The position numbers and the translations under genes were made by a program. A DNA stretch of 64,000 nt from Rebecca billardiae RCC1528 (Eukaryota > Protista > Haptophyta): the NCBI GenBank assembly GCA_965240325.2, contig OZ251245.1:930001-994000 (forward strand), read 5' to 3'. Under the pieces are notes generated by a model. The model saw only the letters and a program-made list of their open reading frames with translations. It searched no databases and was not told where the DNA came from. Every line of letters starts with the position of its first letter. Positions within the stretch are counted from its first letter, which is position 1. Shown piece after piece: positions 1 through 11,815 of the stretch.

Positions 1-619
1 ACCGAGCCGGCGCCACGCCTCGCGCTCGTGCTCGAGCTGAGGCGGCGGCGTGTCGCCCGAGCCGGCGGGGTCGCGCGCGTGCGCGTGGTGGGCAGCCTCG
101 CGCGTGCGCCCGCCGCGCGCCCCGCGTCTCTCGCTTGGCGCCGCACGCGAGCCGCTCGTCGCGCGACCGAACGAGACGTCAATCGCAAGGGCGACCCTTG
201 GAATGGCGTGGGCTCTCGGCCTTGTCGTCCTTCGCGGGACGTCGTCGACGCGAGGCCGCGCGAGGTTGCTCCGATGCTCGTAGTCCAATGCAAGATGATA
301 CCCGCGTGCCAATATCAGCGCGCCCCTCTGCTCGTGAAATGTCCAGCGAGAAAGTGACGGATCGTGTGAATGTGAAGTGTGAACTCGCGACACGACGAAT
401 GGGCCGATGCGATTCGCGCGAATGTGAGTACGCAAAACGCCGAACGACGAGCGGCTTTTGTCCTATCGAGCGCGTAAGTGGGTACGCGAATTCCGCTTAT
501 GCGGCTTATGTGACCCGGCGACAAACAGACTGGGCCGGTGGGGAGGGGGGCGTCAAAAAAAGGGGTGCGACGGGCTGGTCCCCAGCGTGAAGTCGTGCCT
601 TTGTTCTCGTGGGTTTCCA

Positions 620-621
<2 letters not shown>

Positions 622-685
<64 letters not shown>

Positions 686-689
686 GATA

Positions 690-765
<76 letters not shown>
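622..765. repeat. (TA)n microsatellite, interrupted by TCTGATATCTGA at ~682-693
   Basis: Direct reading. Confidence 0.98.
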
Positions 766-768
<3 letters not shown>

Positions 769-1074
769 AGTGGCACCGGAAGGGACGATGTTGCGGATAA
801 GCCTTTTCGTCGCCCCGGCGCTCCCCCAGTGGGAAAAAGGATTTTCCGTGGTTTTCACGATGGCTGCCGAACCACCTGGCCTCGGCCGGCGGACGCCTCT
901 CGAACGGACTTCGCTGGCTCGCGCGAAGTCGCCGTCGACGGTGTGGTGCGAGTCGCGCGACGGCCCGTGCGCGATGAGGAGTGCGCCGCGCGCCGTGCGC
1001 GCTTACCACAAGCCCCGCCCCTGCACCTCGCCCAAATCGCCCGCGCAGAGTGCCACCTCTCTCGACTCGCTCAG

Positions 1075-1700
1075 GTCACATGCCCGCCTCGGGCACGGAC
1101 GGGCGTGCTCAAACACGGTGTACGACTTTGGGCAGGCGGGGCTCGTGAACCTAATAAGTCATTGTCGGGCGCCGCGCGGCGTGGTGGGCGGGATGGGCGT
1201 GGTATACACGGATCACGCCGGGCCGACACGGGTTGCGCTTTTCTCATTGTGTGAGCTGGCCACGATGCCCGGCGGCACGTCCTCGGTCGTGCCCGCTGGC
1301 AGCTGCTCCCGCGACCCGCGCGCACAGCTGCGTGTGATTCATCGCGCGGACACCTGCGCGATCGCGTGTCTGGCGCATGCCTACACCAGTGGGTCTCTCT
1401 GCAGGGCCGTTGCGTTCCGGTACGGTCACCCGCTGGCGCAGCAGGGCCGCTTTTCAGGTGTCGATGGCTCCGATCGGCACGGCGCGAGCGACTCTCCACG
1501 ACTTTGGGCAGCCCTTGCCGACGAAGCCAATACGAGTGTACCTGACCGCGCGCGCGCTGATGATAGCGGGTGTGATGCTGCACGGCGTCGCAGCGGGCTG
1601 CCACGCCTGGAGCATCCTGCGGCACGTTCCAACCGGATGCGCGCGCTGCGGCATGCGCTCACGTGTGCGCGAGCACGCCCACCACACCTGCCTGCGCGAC
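1075..1700 (+). pseudogene. possible degenerate Ty1/copia integrase-region fragment
   Basis: HARLGH and VYTDHAGP motifs in ORF 770-1834 resemble copia pre-integrase HxRLGH and integrase xHxDxxGP; the rest is degenerate. Confidence 0.35.
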
Positions 1701-2664
1701 GCGCGCGCAGGCGATACCGATGCTTCCAGTGGGCAAGGGGGCGATCGTGTGGACGCGGCAAGATGTCTGTGCCTACGAGCCTCTCGTGGCGCCCACGATA
1801 CATCCGTTTGGCAGACCGTCGAGCAGCAGTGTGATCGCAGCAGGTGCTTTGCGTTTGCTCGGTGACGACGCAGTACGACCGCCAATCTGAGCTCAAGCAC
1901 TGCTGTGGTCGACGAGCTGCGCGGCGAAGCGTGCGCGCGAGCCACGCGTGTGCTTGCATTGGCCTGTGACTCAACGACTTCGAGCGGGTGGCTTGGAACG
2001 CGCTTTCTGTATCCGCTGCGGCCACGCGCAGGTCGGCGCATCGCTTCGGGGCGCGAGGAGCTGTGATCTCGACAAACAAGCGAGCTGCCTGCCCACTGCA
2101 CGCCCGCGCTCGCGCCAACGGCTGCTGCCGCTCACCAGCCCGGCCAGTTGGCAGTTCGGGCGGTAATACCAGCCACTTGCCGCGCGTGGCCCATCATCGG
2201 CCGCCGCCCGTCTCATCAGCACCGCGCGGCCGCTCCGGTGCCGCGCCCCGGTGCCGGGCCGGTGCCGCGCGGCCCGGATACGTCAGCAGCGCCGGCTCGT
2301 CCGATGACTCACCGCTCGACGCCGACTGTAGGGGGTCCATGACAGCAGCCCACTGAATTGTGATTTTCGACAACCATGCGATTTAGGTGTCTGACGAGCG
2401 TGGCGCTTGCGGAGGCACCCACAAATATGTCCTGGAACCCAGCCCAGCCGTCAGAAGCACCCAAAACCGACTCCGCGCGTCGTTGCGCGGTCGTGCGCGC
2501 ACGCCAGCTGCGCCACTGTGTCACATACAGATTCAGCCAAACGTCAACGACTTGTTATGGCGGCTAAATGACGGTATGTCGTCGGACTTACTTATTCATA
2601 ACCGTTGCAACCCGCCCCAACAAAATTAAGGTGGACTTGCTAAATTTTAGTAGGCACGATGAGT

Positions 2665-4383
2665 TAGGGGGGCCAAACCGCCCATTTAAAAATGAAAAGC
2701 AAAGTCGCGTCGCATTTTCGCTCCGCCCTCGGCCTTTTAGGGTGGCGCGGAGCCTTTTTCTCGGACCCCGCTCGAAAATCGAGCTTCACGCCTTCGGACG
2801 CTCAGAGCTCGGTTCCGCTCCAGCGCGAGCGGCCGGAGGCAGTGGACCGCCGCGCGCTCGCGACCTTTGAGACGCCGAGATGGTCTCGGGTGCGCGCGCG
2901 CGTGACGCTGGTGGGCGCTACTGACCCGTGCCTTTGCGCCACCAGCGGCTCACCACCCGCTTCTTGGCCATCTCGCGCCGTGCGCGGCGCGCGTCGGCCG
3001 GCTTGAATTGGCGCGCTGCGTGCGCCCGTCACGCTACCGCACGGTGTGGCTCATGATCAACTCGCACAGTTGAGATCGATGCTCGCACCAAGTGCCCATG
3101 TATGTATGTGGATGCCCAGCTCGCCTAACCTGCCCTGCTGCGCCGGAATCGCCGTCAGCAGACCGGCGCGAGCTCGCGCGCAACACCTCCGCGGAGCTCG
3201 CAACTGTCATGTTCCGCTTGTAGGGCCCGTGTTTGCACCTGCCGTGGCACTTGCGATGGTCAGTACGTTGGGTATGGGTCACGTGTGCCCTCTGATGGCG
3301 TCTGGGCGCCTCCCGTTCGCCTCTCAGGACGTCGCGGACGTGCTCGCAGGCAGCGGTTGGCTCATTCGACAGGTCCGACGTGCACTCGACCGTGCCTGCA
3401 AGCGCGCCCCTGTGACGCTCATGCCTGCAGAAGCAGATGCAGATGGGCCCTCATGCACCCTGGTGCGCCCAAGACCGGCGGGAGCGTCAGAGACCGTCTC
3501 AATCTTGACACCTTGCACACGCCGGCGCTTGCCGTTGGGCTCCGCGCAGCCAGCCAGGAGCGCCGAACAGCGCCGGATCAGCCTCTGTAGGCCGAATATC
3601 CGCCCCTAAGCCCAGAAATAGCGCGGAACAGGGTAGTGCGTACCTATATGGACCAATCCCATCCAGCCTGGTTTGGTGCAGACACGCCAGCCACCGCCTG
3701 GAGCAGACGTTTGCTGCCGAATCGCATGCTCGGCACTGTGCCGCACTGCGACGACGACAGATTTGACCTGCCTCGTAGGTCTCGGCCAGGGAGCGGTGAC
3801 GGTTGGCTCGAGTCACTTTAAACCTTGACTATGACCGAGAGCACTCCCGGGCTAAGGACGTGGGGCCGGTGCTTTGGGTCTACTATGTCTGCAATACGCC
3901 GTACGCGTGGCCGTATACACAGTCTGAAAACGTATCTCGCAGCTCGAGATCAGACGAGGCTGTATTCATCAGCATGGCGGCTATATACACAGTGGGTATG
4001 TAACGATCGGTGGCTTCTAGTAAACTACATATTTGACAGCCTGCCAGTACACAGCCTATATCGCATGTTGGGACCTGCTGCTGCTGGGGACTCACTGGAA
4101 CGATCTCGCTGAGATGCTCTATCAAAGTGAGGTCGACATGGTCTATATGTCACATATAGGACGACCGTTACATACCGTTTCCAATACGTTCAGGCTCATT
4201 CTAATAAGTAAATATGCTAGCCGTTACGCCCTATATTCAGGGTATGTGCACCTGATTTTTTTACATGGCCGGCCCAGACCCCTCCAGAGGGCAAATGATC
4301 CAGCCCGAAATCAGCTCTAAACACTCGCTAGGACCCGAGCTCGTGGCCGTCAGTAACGCTACAGTGCCACTTTGGCCCCCCTA
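2665..4383. mobile_element. non-autonomous TIR element with 7-bp TSD, nested in 2329-6453
   Basis: TIR TAGGGGGGCCAAA / TTTGGCCCCCCTA; TSD GATGAGT at 2658-2664 and 4384-4390; removing it restores colinearity with the related copy at ~50050-50160. Confidence 0.88.
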
Positions 4384-4880
4384 GATGAGTGCGCGTAGAG
4401 GGCGAGGAAACTAACTACTCCAAGATCGAGCATGTTACCCATTTAATTAGAGACATGTACCCGTATATATGCACTTACCCACCCGTTTATTATACAATGC
4501 GGGTGGGTTTTAAATATATATTCAGGGTGGTGTCAATATGGGGGTACCTTGTTCACTATTCGTGCTGGGTCATCCGAATAGGCCGCGCCGCCGCGCGGAG
4601 TGACGGCGGGCTCATGCCACCGTCAAACCGTCCCGCAGCAGGCCCGGACGGACCTGATGCGGGCGGCGGGCTGCGTGCCGAAGCACACTACCAAGCGCAC
4701 CTCTGAGCATGCCACCATCCCCATAGTCGTGAAGGAGTCCTCCGCCATCGACGCTTGCGTGCGCAGACTAGCAGTCATCGCCGCCGCCGAGCTTGCCGCG
4801 GCCGTTCGGCGACTTCCGTGCCCGTGCTCTGTGTCACCGGCGTCGTCGCCGTTCGTCGTACCCCAGCCCACGCGAGGCCG

Positions 4881-6200
4881 TCACCGGTCCACCGGTACTG
4901 CGGCGGACTGCGCGCGCTTCGCCGCGCGCTCGCCCTCGAGCTCCGCCGCTCTCCTCTCGCGCTCGAACTGGACGCAGTCGGCAGCCATGGCAGCCCGCTC
5001 GGCCGCAGCGCGATCTGTGCCCCCGCGCGCGCTGCGCTCGGTTGCGTCGGCGCGCAAGCTGGCGCGCGCAGCGTCGGCGACGGCGCGCGCGGTCGCCTTG
5101 CGCGACGAGTCCAGCTCCACCTGCTGCTCCGTCAGGCGCACCTGCTGCTCCAAGATGACCGCGTGCTCAGCAGGAGTCACGCGCTGCTCGTGCAGCAGCA
5201 CCTGCACGCGGCCTGCTGCGGACGCGCGCGGCGCGCCGGCGTCGGGGGGCGAGTAGAGGTCGCGGAAGGGGCAGCTGTCGTCGCCGGCGCCCAGCGACGT
5301 GTCGTCGGCATCCAGCTCCGCCTTCCTCTCCGCCGCCGACGCGCCCTGCTTCCGGCTCAGGATGCGCTCCATGTCCTTGTTCTTGCCCTTCCACCACCTG
5401 TGCACGGTCATCAGCCAGATGCCGATCACCTCCAGCAGCGGCGAGTCGTGGCGCGCCGAGATGCCGAGCGCATCCGCGCAGACGAGCGCGAGCGCATTGG
5501 GCTTCTTCGTCCCACCGTCGCGCGCGGTCTGGGCGCACGCCGGGGTGAACACTCTGACCAACGGCTTGTGCTTCTTCAAGTTCTCGAGCATGAGGTCCAT
5601 GAGCGTGCGGAGGAGGTCGAGGAGCATGAAGTTGAGCACCGATGCGTACCGCGGGCGAGTGCCGGCCACGAACCGACCGGTCAAGGGCTGCAGCACGTGG
5701 ATGGCGCGCGCCGCCACCGCCGTCTCCTCGAGCTGCTGCGCGCTGACGTTGACGTCAGGCCGTAGCTCGGGCCTGCACGGTTGCACACAGCCGAGGCCGT
5801 CCGCGGAGGAGGCGAGCCCCTCGGCGGTGCCGGCGGGGACCTCGGGCGGGTCGCACACATCCATGGGCACGCGTGCATCATCATCTGCCGCGCCCTGGAC
5901 CTCGTCATGCCCGGCACAGCGGTCCGCAAGTTGGTCGGCGGTAGCTGGCCCTTGCGGCAGAGGCGTCGCGGGCACGTCCGAGGGCGAGAAGGCAGCGTCG
6001 GGTGGGGAAGGAGACAGCGTCGAGTCGTTGCCGATGCCTATCCCACCGCGTTGCGCATGTTCGTCTCCGCGTTGCTCGCCTGCACGTGCTCCTAGGACGC
6101 GCTCCTTGGTCGCGGGCAGCACACGTTGAGCACGCATATTCAAATCATGAAGCACGAGCGTCGACCGGCCAGCGACTCCCAGCGAGAGCCCGGTCCACAC
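4881..6200 (-). CDS. transposon-borne hypothetical protein with C-terminal coiled coil (possible transposase or accessory remnant)
   Basis: 439-aa ORF inside element 2329-6453; natural-looking globular core (RYASVLNFMLLDLLRTLMDLMLENLKK...VHRWWKGKNKDME); start codon uncertain. Confidence 0.45.
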   Translation of the reverse strand: MWTGLSLGVAGRSTLVLHDLNMRAQRVLPATKERVLGARAGEQRGDEHAQRGGIGIGNDSTLSPSPPDAAFSPSDVPATPLPQGPATADQLADRCAGHDEVQGAADDDARVPMDVCDPPEVPAGTAEGLASSADGLGCVQPCRPELRPDVNVSAQQLEETAVAARAIHVLQPLTGRFVAGTRPRYASVLNFMLLDLLRTLMDLMLENLKKHKPLVRVFTPACAQTARDGGTKKPNALALVCADALGISARHDSPLLEVIGIWLMTVHRWWKGKNKDMERILSRKQGASAAERKAELDADDTSLGAGDDSCPFRDLYSPPDAGAPRASAAGRVQVLLHEQRVTPAEHAVILEQQVRLTEQQVELDSSRKATARAVADAARASLRADATERSARGGTDRAAAERAAMAADCVQFERERRAAELEGERAAKRAQSAAVPVDR

Positions 6201-7099
6201 GAAGCATGGCTACCTGTTCGCAGCCGCCCAGCCGCTCGGCGAGGCGCCTGCGCCGAGGTGGGCGCGCCCAACGGCGAGCGGACGGCCGTCGACGAGGGCC
6301 ATCAGCCTCGCCGACCCCGTTCAGAGCTCCGCTCCCGCGCCGGGGCCAGCCGAGCGCGGATTTGGAATCTGCCGATCGCGAAAACACGCCGAACAAGTTC
6401 TGAAAATGAAAAGAAAAGAAATCAAAAATCAATTTAATCTGATGGACCCCCTACCGACTGACAGTCGATCATCACTCTACTGCTGGCGCTAGTCTCCGAT
6501 CAGCAGTCGTCGTCCATCCGCGCTATATCTCATCATCACCGCCCGGCCGCCGCGGCCGATTCACTCATCGTCTGCTGTCGTCCGCGGCGCGTCACGACTA
6601 TATACTGCTGCGATCGGAGACGCGCGCGGATGATTCATCGAGTCATCGAGTGATCGACGAGTTCGACGACGGCGACCGTCAGACATCCCGGGAGCGCGCG
6701 CGCGGCGCGCAGCCCGATATATGCGCGGATATCACCGGCGGCCGGCGGCGAGGCCGGCGGCGGGGCCGCCGCTCGGCCGCGCCACGCGCCCGCGCCGTAT
6801 ATCGTCAGAGTCGTACGACGCGACATATGAGCCCCCAGCACGGCGCGCCGGCCTCGACGACCGTATGTGATGGGCTGCTCCGATTGTCTGTTCCACGTCC
6901 AGCTGCGCGACTCGTATGATGCGCGCCGGTCGCGGCCCACCCGAACGGCCGCGATGACGCTCCGGGCCGTCCGAGCCGTCAGACTCCGAGAGTATAGTCG
7001 GTGGCACGGCATCCGCCTGCCGGCGCGCGCGGTATACCCAAATCAGTCTGCCCGGTGCGACTGCTGCTCCCTCTGCGGCAGTCGCCTGGATCGATCATC

Positions 7100-7660
7100 G
7101 GGGCCGCCGCGCGCCGCCGCCCACGCTGCGCGGCGTGCAGCTGCACTCGCCGCCGCGCGCCGGGCTCAGCGCCACGCGTCAGCGTTCGCCGCCGATGCCC
7201 ACGCTGCGTGACGCGCACCTCGCACGGCTGTGGCGGCGCGGGCCGAGCCGCGCACGCGCACGCTCGCAGCCACCGCCCACGCTCTGCGGCGTGCAGCACT
7301 CGGCGCCGCCGCGCGCCGGGCTCGGCGCCGCGCGTCAGCATTCGCCGCCCAAAGGCCTTGCACACGCGCCCAACCGATGCCGATGTTTGAAGCCGTCCCT
7401 AGGGCACCCTCCCTCGCCAGCGTCCCATCCCGGCCACGAGCTAGCGTGCCACCGAGCAGCGTCGCAGCCGCGCGGCGCGCGGCTCGGCTGCCCGCCCGGC
7501 CCGGGCGCTGCTGCGAGCTCGCACGCCCATCGCCGCGGGCTCGAGCGGAGCCCTCCGGCACCGAGGCCTTGCATACACGCCCAGACGATGCCGATGCTTG
7601 CAACCATTTCTCTGACGCACTCGCCGGCGGCCGATCGCGGCCGTGAGCCAGCGTGCCACC
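7100..7660. repeat. degenerate GC-rich direct repeats in the subterminal region of element 766-8099
   Basis: GGCGTGCAG..CGCCGCGCGCCGGGCTC and GGCCTTGCA..CACGC..CGATGCCGATG each occur twice. Confidence 0.6.
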
Positions 7661-8099
7661 GGCACGCTTGACGAGTGGGTCACGGCCATCGACAAGCACC
7701 GGTGCCCACTGTTCGGCACGCCGACATCCGTAGACCCAGATGCACTCCAGAAGAGCGACGCTCGGGGCGTCACGATAGACACATACACCACTGGGACTGA
7801 TCCCCACCCATCTAGCTCCATCCTGCGCTTGCTAAGCCCTCGGAAGTGGTTGCACGCGCCTTGCGTGCAACATGTCGACCGCGAGTCGCGATCGCGCCTT
7901 GCGCACGGCGCCCAAGGACGGCTAAGACGGCGACGAAGTGGGTCTGGGCGAGCTTCCTCCGCCTGCCGGGACCCGTGCGCCTTGCCCCCGCGCACGAGCG
8001 CCGGCCGGCGACCGCTCACGTGGCCGTCAGAATTTTTCCGCGGCGGTCGCCGTGCGTGCACGGGTTATCCGCAATCGCCATCGTTCCGGTGCCACTGTG

Positions 8100-8125
<26 letters not shown>
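8100..8125. repeat. (TA)n microsatellite separating two elements
   Basis: Direct reading. Confidence 0.95.
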
Positions 8126-8130
<5 letters not shown>

Positions 8131-8719
8131 GTGTTATTGGTACAATAACTGAGTGTGTACGAGCTGCATGACGGATGGGCTCGCTGTGAGGCCTCTGCAC
8201 TCCACTTACCTGTTTCGTCGCAGCCGCCCTCGCAGAATTTCAGGACTCTTCTGCGGGTACGCCGCGGGTGCACGAGCAAAGTGCCCTGCCAGAGCGGCGG
8301 ACGAACCAGCCATGCTGCTGCCCCCGGGCATTCGGCAAGTCATCGGCGCGAGCACCGCCTCGCTTCTCGATGAGCAGCGAGCTGGGAATCGGCAGCGCAC
8401 AACCTGAGCGCGCCAGATACCTCTCGCCTCGTCCTTCGACCACAGGATGCCCACCATCAACTCGTCTCAGCAAGTCGTCCCTCGGCTGAGCACGTGCACC
8501 ACGCAGCAGCGCAGCAGCAAACGACCAGCAGCTGCTTTGTTTGGGAGACGCCCGACGCGGACCTCCTCCCGGCCGGTGGGCGCCAGCTTAGCCTACTCCA
8601 CGTCGGCGTGCACGCTCACCGCTCTGCACAGGCTCGACCATGCAGAGACGACCTCACGACACTGGGCACGACCAGAGCAAATGGGATAACTGTGCCTTAT
8701 GTGTGAGTGCAAGCTCGCA

Positions 8720-9780
8720 CACGCGGCGGAGCCGCTTGCACTCGACGTCCTTGTGATTGCCGCACGCCGCTGCTCCGCGTCACGCACGCCGCTGCTGCTC
8801 GCCGCCGCTCGCCCGAGCGCGCACTCGCACAGCTGCATGTCGGCCTGCGGCGCGCGACACGCCCAACTTCCACCGCTGCGCCTGCGGCGCGCTCTGCCTC
8901 GACGGCTCGTAGCCTCGCAGCCACCTCGCTACGGCGTGACGGCGGGGCCGCTCGCACTCGTCGCGCTCGTGCTCGTTGCATGCCGTTGCTGCACGCCGCG
9001 CACGCCACCGCTCGCCGCCGCTCGCCCGCGCAGGAACAGGCACACACACGTGCTGCCCGCGGCCAGACTCGCGCGGCGCGGCCTCTCGCGCGACTGCTGC
9101 TCGGCGGCGTGCTCGACCTCGACGGCTCGCCTCGCAGCCGCCTCTCTGTCTGCGGCGCGACGGCGGGGCTGCTCGCACTCGTCGTGCTCGCCGCACATGC
9201 CCGCGCCCGCCGCCGCTCGCCCGCGCAGGAGCGGGCACGCGCGCCCGCGCTGCCCGCGGCCGAACTCGCGCGGCGCGGCCTCTCGCGCGAATGCTGCTTG
9301 GCGGCGTGCTCGACCTCGACGGCTCGCCTCGCAGCCGCCTCTCTGTCTGCGGCGCGACGGCGGGGCCGCTCGCAGTCGTCGTGCTCGTGATCGTTGCATG
9401 CCGTTGCTGCACGCCGCGCACGCCACCGCTCGCCGCCGCTCGCCCGCGCAGGAGCAGGCACATGCCTGCGCGCTGCCCGCGGCCGGACTCGCGCGGCGCG
9501 GCCTCTCGCGCGACTGCTGCTCGGCGGCGTGCTCGACCTCGACGGCTCGCTTCGCAGCCGCCTCTCTGTCTGCGGCGCGACGGCGGGGCTGCTCGCACTC
9601 GTTGTACTCGTGATCGCCGCTCGCAGCTGCTGCACGCCGGAGGCGTCCACAGCCCGCCGCCGCTCGCCCGCGCAGGAGCAGGCGCGCACCCGCGCTGCCC
9701 GCAGTCGGACTCGCGCGGCGCGGCCGCTCGCGCCACCGCCGACACGCGCGGCGCGGCCTCTCGCGCCACTGCTGCTCGGC
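8720..9780. repeat. degenerate ~190-230-bp tandem repeats
   Basis: Recurring GGCGTGCTCGACCTCGACGGCTCGCCTCGCAGCCGCCTCTCTGTCTGCGGCGCGACGGCGGGG blocks. Confidence 0.85.
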
Positions 9781-9782
9781 GG

Positions 9783-10800
9783 GCTCGAGCGGGCTCTGCC
9801 TCTCGCGGCGCGCGGCTCACGCCCCACCGCTCGAGCGGGCTCTGCCTCTCGCGGCGCGCGGCTCACGCCCCACCGCTCGAGCGGGCCGTGCCTCTCGCGG
9901 CGCGCGGCTCACGCCCCACCGCTCGAGCGGGCTCTGCCTCTCGCGGCGCGCGGCTCACGCCCCACCGCTCGAGCGGGCCATGCCTCTCGCGGCGCGCGGC
10001 TCACGCCCCACCGCTCGAGCGGGCCATGCCTCTCGCGGCGCGCGGCTCACGCCCCACCGCTCGAGCGGGCTCTGCCTCTCGCGGCGCGCGGCTCACGCCC
10101 CACCGCTCGAGCGGGCTCTGCCTCTCGCGGCGCGCGGCTCACGCCCCACCGCTCGAGCGGGCTCTGCCTCTCGCGGCGCGTGGCTCACGCCCCACCGCTC
10201 GAGCGGGCTCTGCCTCTCGCGGCGCGCGGCTCACGCCCCACCGCTCGAGCGGGCCCTGCCTCTCGCGGCGCGCGGCTCACGCCCCACCGCTCGAGCGGGC
10301 TCTGCCTCTCGCGGCGCGCGGCTCACGCCCCACCGCTCGAGCGGGCTCTGCCTCTCGCGGCGCGCGGCTCACGCCCCACCGCTCGAGCGGACCATGCCTC
10401 TCGCGGCGCGCGGCTCACGCCCCACCGCTCGAGCGGGCTCTGCCTCTCGCGGCGCGCGGCTCACGCCCCACCGCTCGAGCGGGCTCTGCCTCTCGCGGCG
10501 CGCGGCTCACGCCCCACCGCTCGAGCGGGCCCTGCCTCTCGCGGCGCGCGGCTCACGCCCCACCGCTCGAGCGGGCTCTGCCTCTCGCGGCGCGCGGCTC
10601 ACGCCCCACCGCTCGAGCGGGCTCTGCCTCTCGCGGCGCGCGGCTCACGCCCCACCGCTCGAGCGGGCTCTGCCTCTCGCGGCGCGCGGCTCACGCCCCA
10701 CCGCTCGAGCGGGCTCTGCCTCTCGCGGCGCGCGGCTCACGCCCCACCGCTCAAGCGGGCCATGCCTCTCGCGGCGCGCGGCTCATGCCCCACCGCTCGA
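9783..10800. repeat. 46-bp minisatellite, ~22 copies
   Basis: Unit GCTCGAGCGGGCTCTGCCTCTCGCGGCGCGCGGCTCACGCCCCACC; starts at 9783, 9829 and so on. Confidence 0.97.
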
Positions 10801-10857
10801 GAGGCCCTGTTCTCTCGCGGCGCGCAGCTCTTGCCCCGCCAGCGCGCGGCTCATGCA

Positions 10858-11127
10858 GTGACCCACACGCAGCGGATCGTCTTCATTCGCTATGATGATC
10901 CGCCGGCCGTCACGGCGGTCCAGCGACCTGTGCGTCCAGCGACCTGTCTGTGACCCACACGCCGCGGATCGTCATCATTCGCTATGATGATCCGCCGGCC
11001 GTCACGGCGGTCCAGCGACCTGTGCGTCCAGCGACCTGTCTGTGACCCGCGCGCCGCGGATCGTCATCATTCGCTATGATGGTCCGCCGGCCGTCACTGT
11101 GGTCCAGCGACCTGTGCGTCCAGCGAC
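10858..11127. repeat. 92-bp tandem repeat, ~3 copies
   Basis: GTGACCC(A/G)C... at 10858, 10950 and 11042. Confidence 0.9.
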
Positions 11128-11134
11128 ACAACCC

Positions 11135-11815
11135 GCCGCTCGACAGGCCTGCCTCTCGCGGCGCGCGGCTCATGCCCCCGCCGGCGCGCGGCTCACGCCC
11201 CGCCGCTCGGGAAGCCCGGCCTGCGCGCGGCTCACGCCCCGCCGCTCGAGAGGCCCCGTTCTCTCGTGGCGCGCGGCTCATGCCCCGCCCGCGCGCGCCT
11301 CACGCCCCGCCGCTCGAGACCCCTTCTCGCGGCTCGCGGCAGGCCCCGGCCCTCGCGGCGCACGGCGCATGCCCCGCCGGCGCGCGTCCTAAGCCTCGCC
11401 GCTCGAGAGGCCCCGTTCTCTCGCGGCGCGCGGCTCATGCCCCGCCAGCGCGCGGCTCACGCCCCGCCGCTCGAGAGGCCCCGTTCTCTCGTGGCGCGCG
11501 GCTCATGCCCCGCCAGCGCGCGCCTCACGCCCCGCCGCTCGAGACCCCTTCTCGCGGCTCGCGGCAGGCCCCGGCCCTCGCGGCGCACGGCACATGCCCC
11601 GCCGCCGCGCGTCTTACGCCTCGCCGCTCGAGAGGCCCCGTTCTCTCGCGGAGCGCGGCTCATGCCCCGCCAGGGCGCGGCTCACGCCCCGCCGCTCGAG
11701 AGGCCCCGTTCTCTCGCGGCGCTCGGCTCATACCCCACCGGCGCGCGGCCCCCTCCCCACCGCTCATGAGTCCCTGCACTCTCGCGGCGCGCGGCTCATC
11801 CCCTCCGGCGCGCGG
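11135..11815. repeat. higher-order degenerate derivatives of the 46-bp unit
   Basis: Recurring CGCTCGAGAGGCCCCGTTCTCTCG(C/T)GGCGCGCGGCTCATGCCCC. Confidence 0.8.

Larger units (their letters stand above)
2329..6453. mobile_element. TIR DNA transposon with 7-bp TSD (hAT-like), nested in element 766-8099
   Basis: TIR TAGGGGGTCCAT / ATGGACCCCCTA; TSD CCGACTG at 2322-2328 and 6454-6460; internal homology to 16632-18606 and 49777-51565. Confidence 0.88.
766..8099. mobile_element. ~7.3-kb TIR DNA transposon inserted in (TA)n; CACAGTGG termini; CMC (Chapaev/EnSpm)-like, no intact transposase seen
   Basis: Left end CACAGTGGCACCGGAA..TTGCGGATAA; right end reverse complement CACAGTGGCACCGGAA..TTGCGGATAA (16-bp perfect TIR plus imperfect extension); (TA)n abuts both ends. 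Confidence 0.8.

Noticed and set aside
766-805. RAG recombination signal sequence
   Set aside because: The heptamer is present but there is no ACAAAAACC-like nonamer at 12 or 23 bp, and flank parity excludes a 5-bp TSD.
506-1009. ORFs with IYIY or CVCV runs (also near 12.8, 24.3 and 35.1 kb)
   Set aside because: Translations of microsatellites.
9783-10800. 46-bp array as a CRISPR array
   Set aside because: Units are contiguous with no unique spacers; no cas genes; eukaryotic context.
8976-10953. 639-aa and 519-aa ORFs
   Set aside because: They are translations of stop-free tandem repeats, open in several frames.
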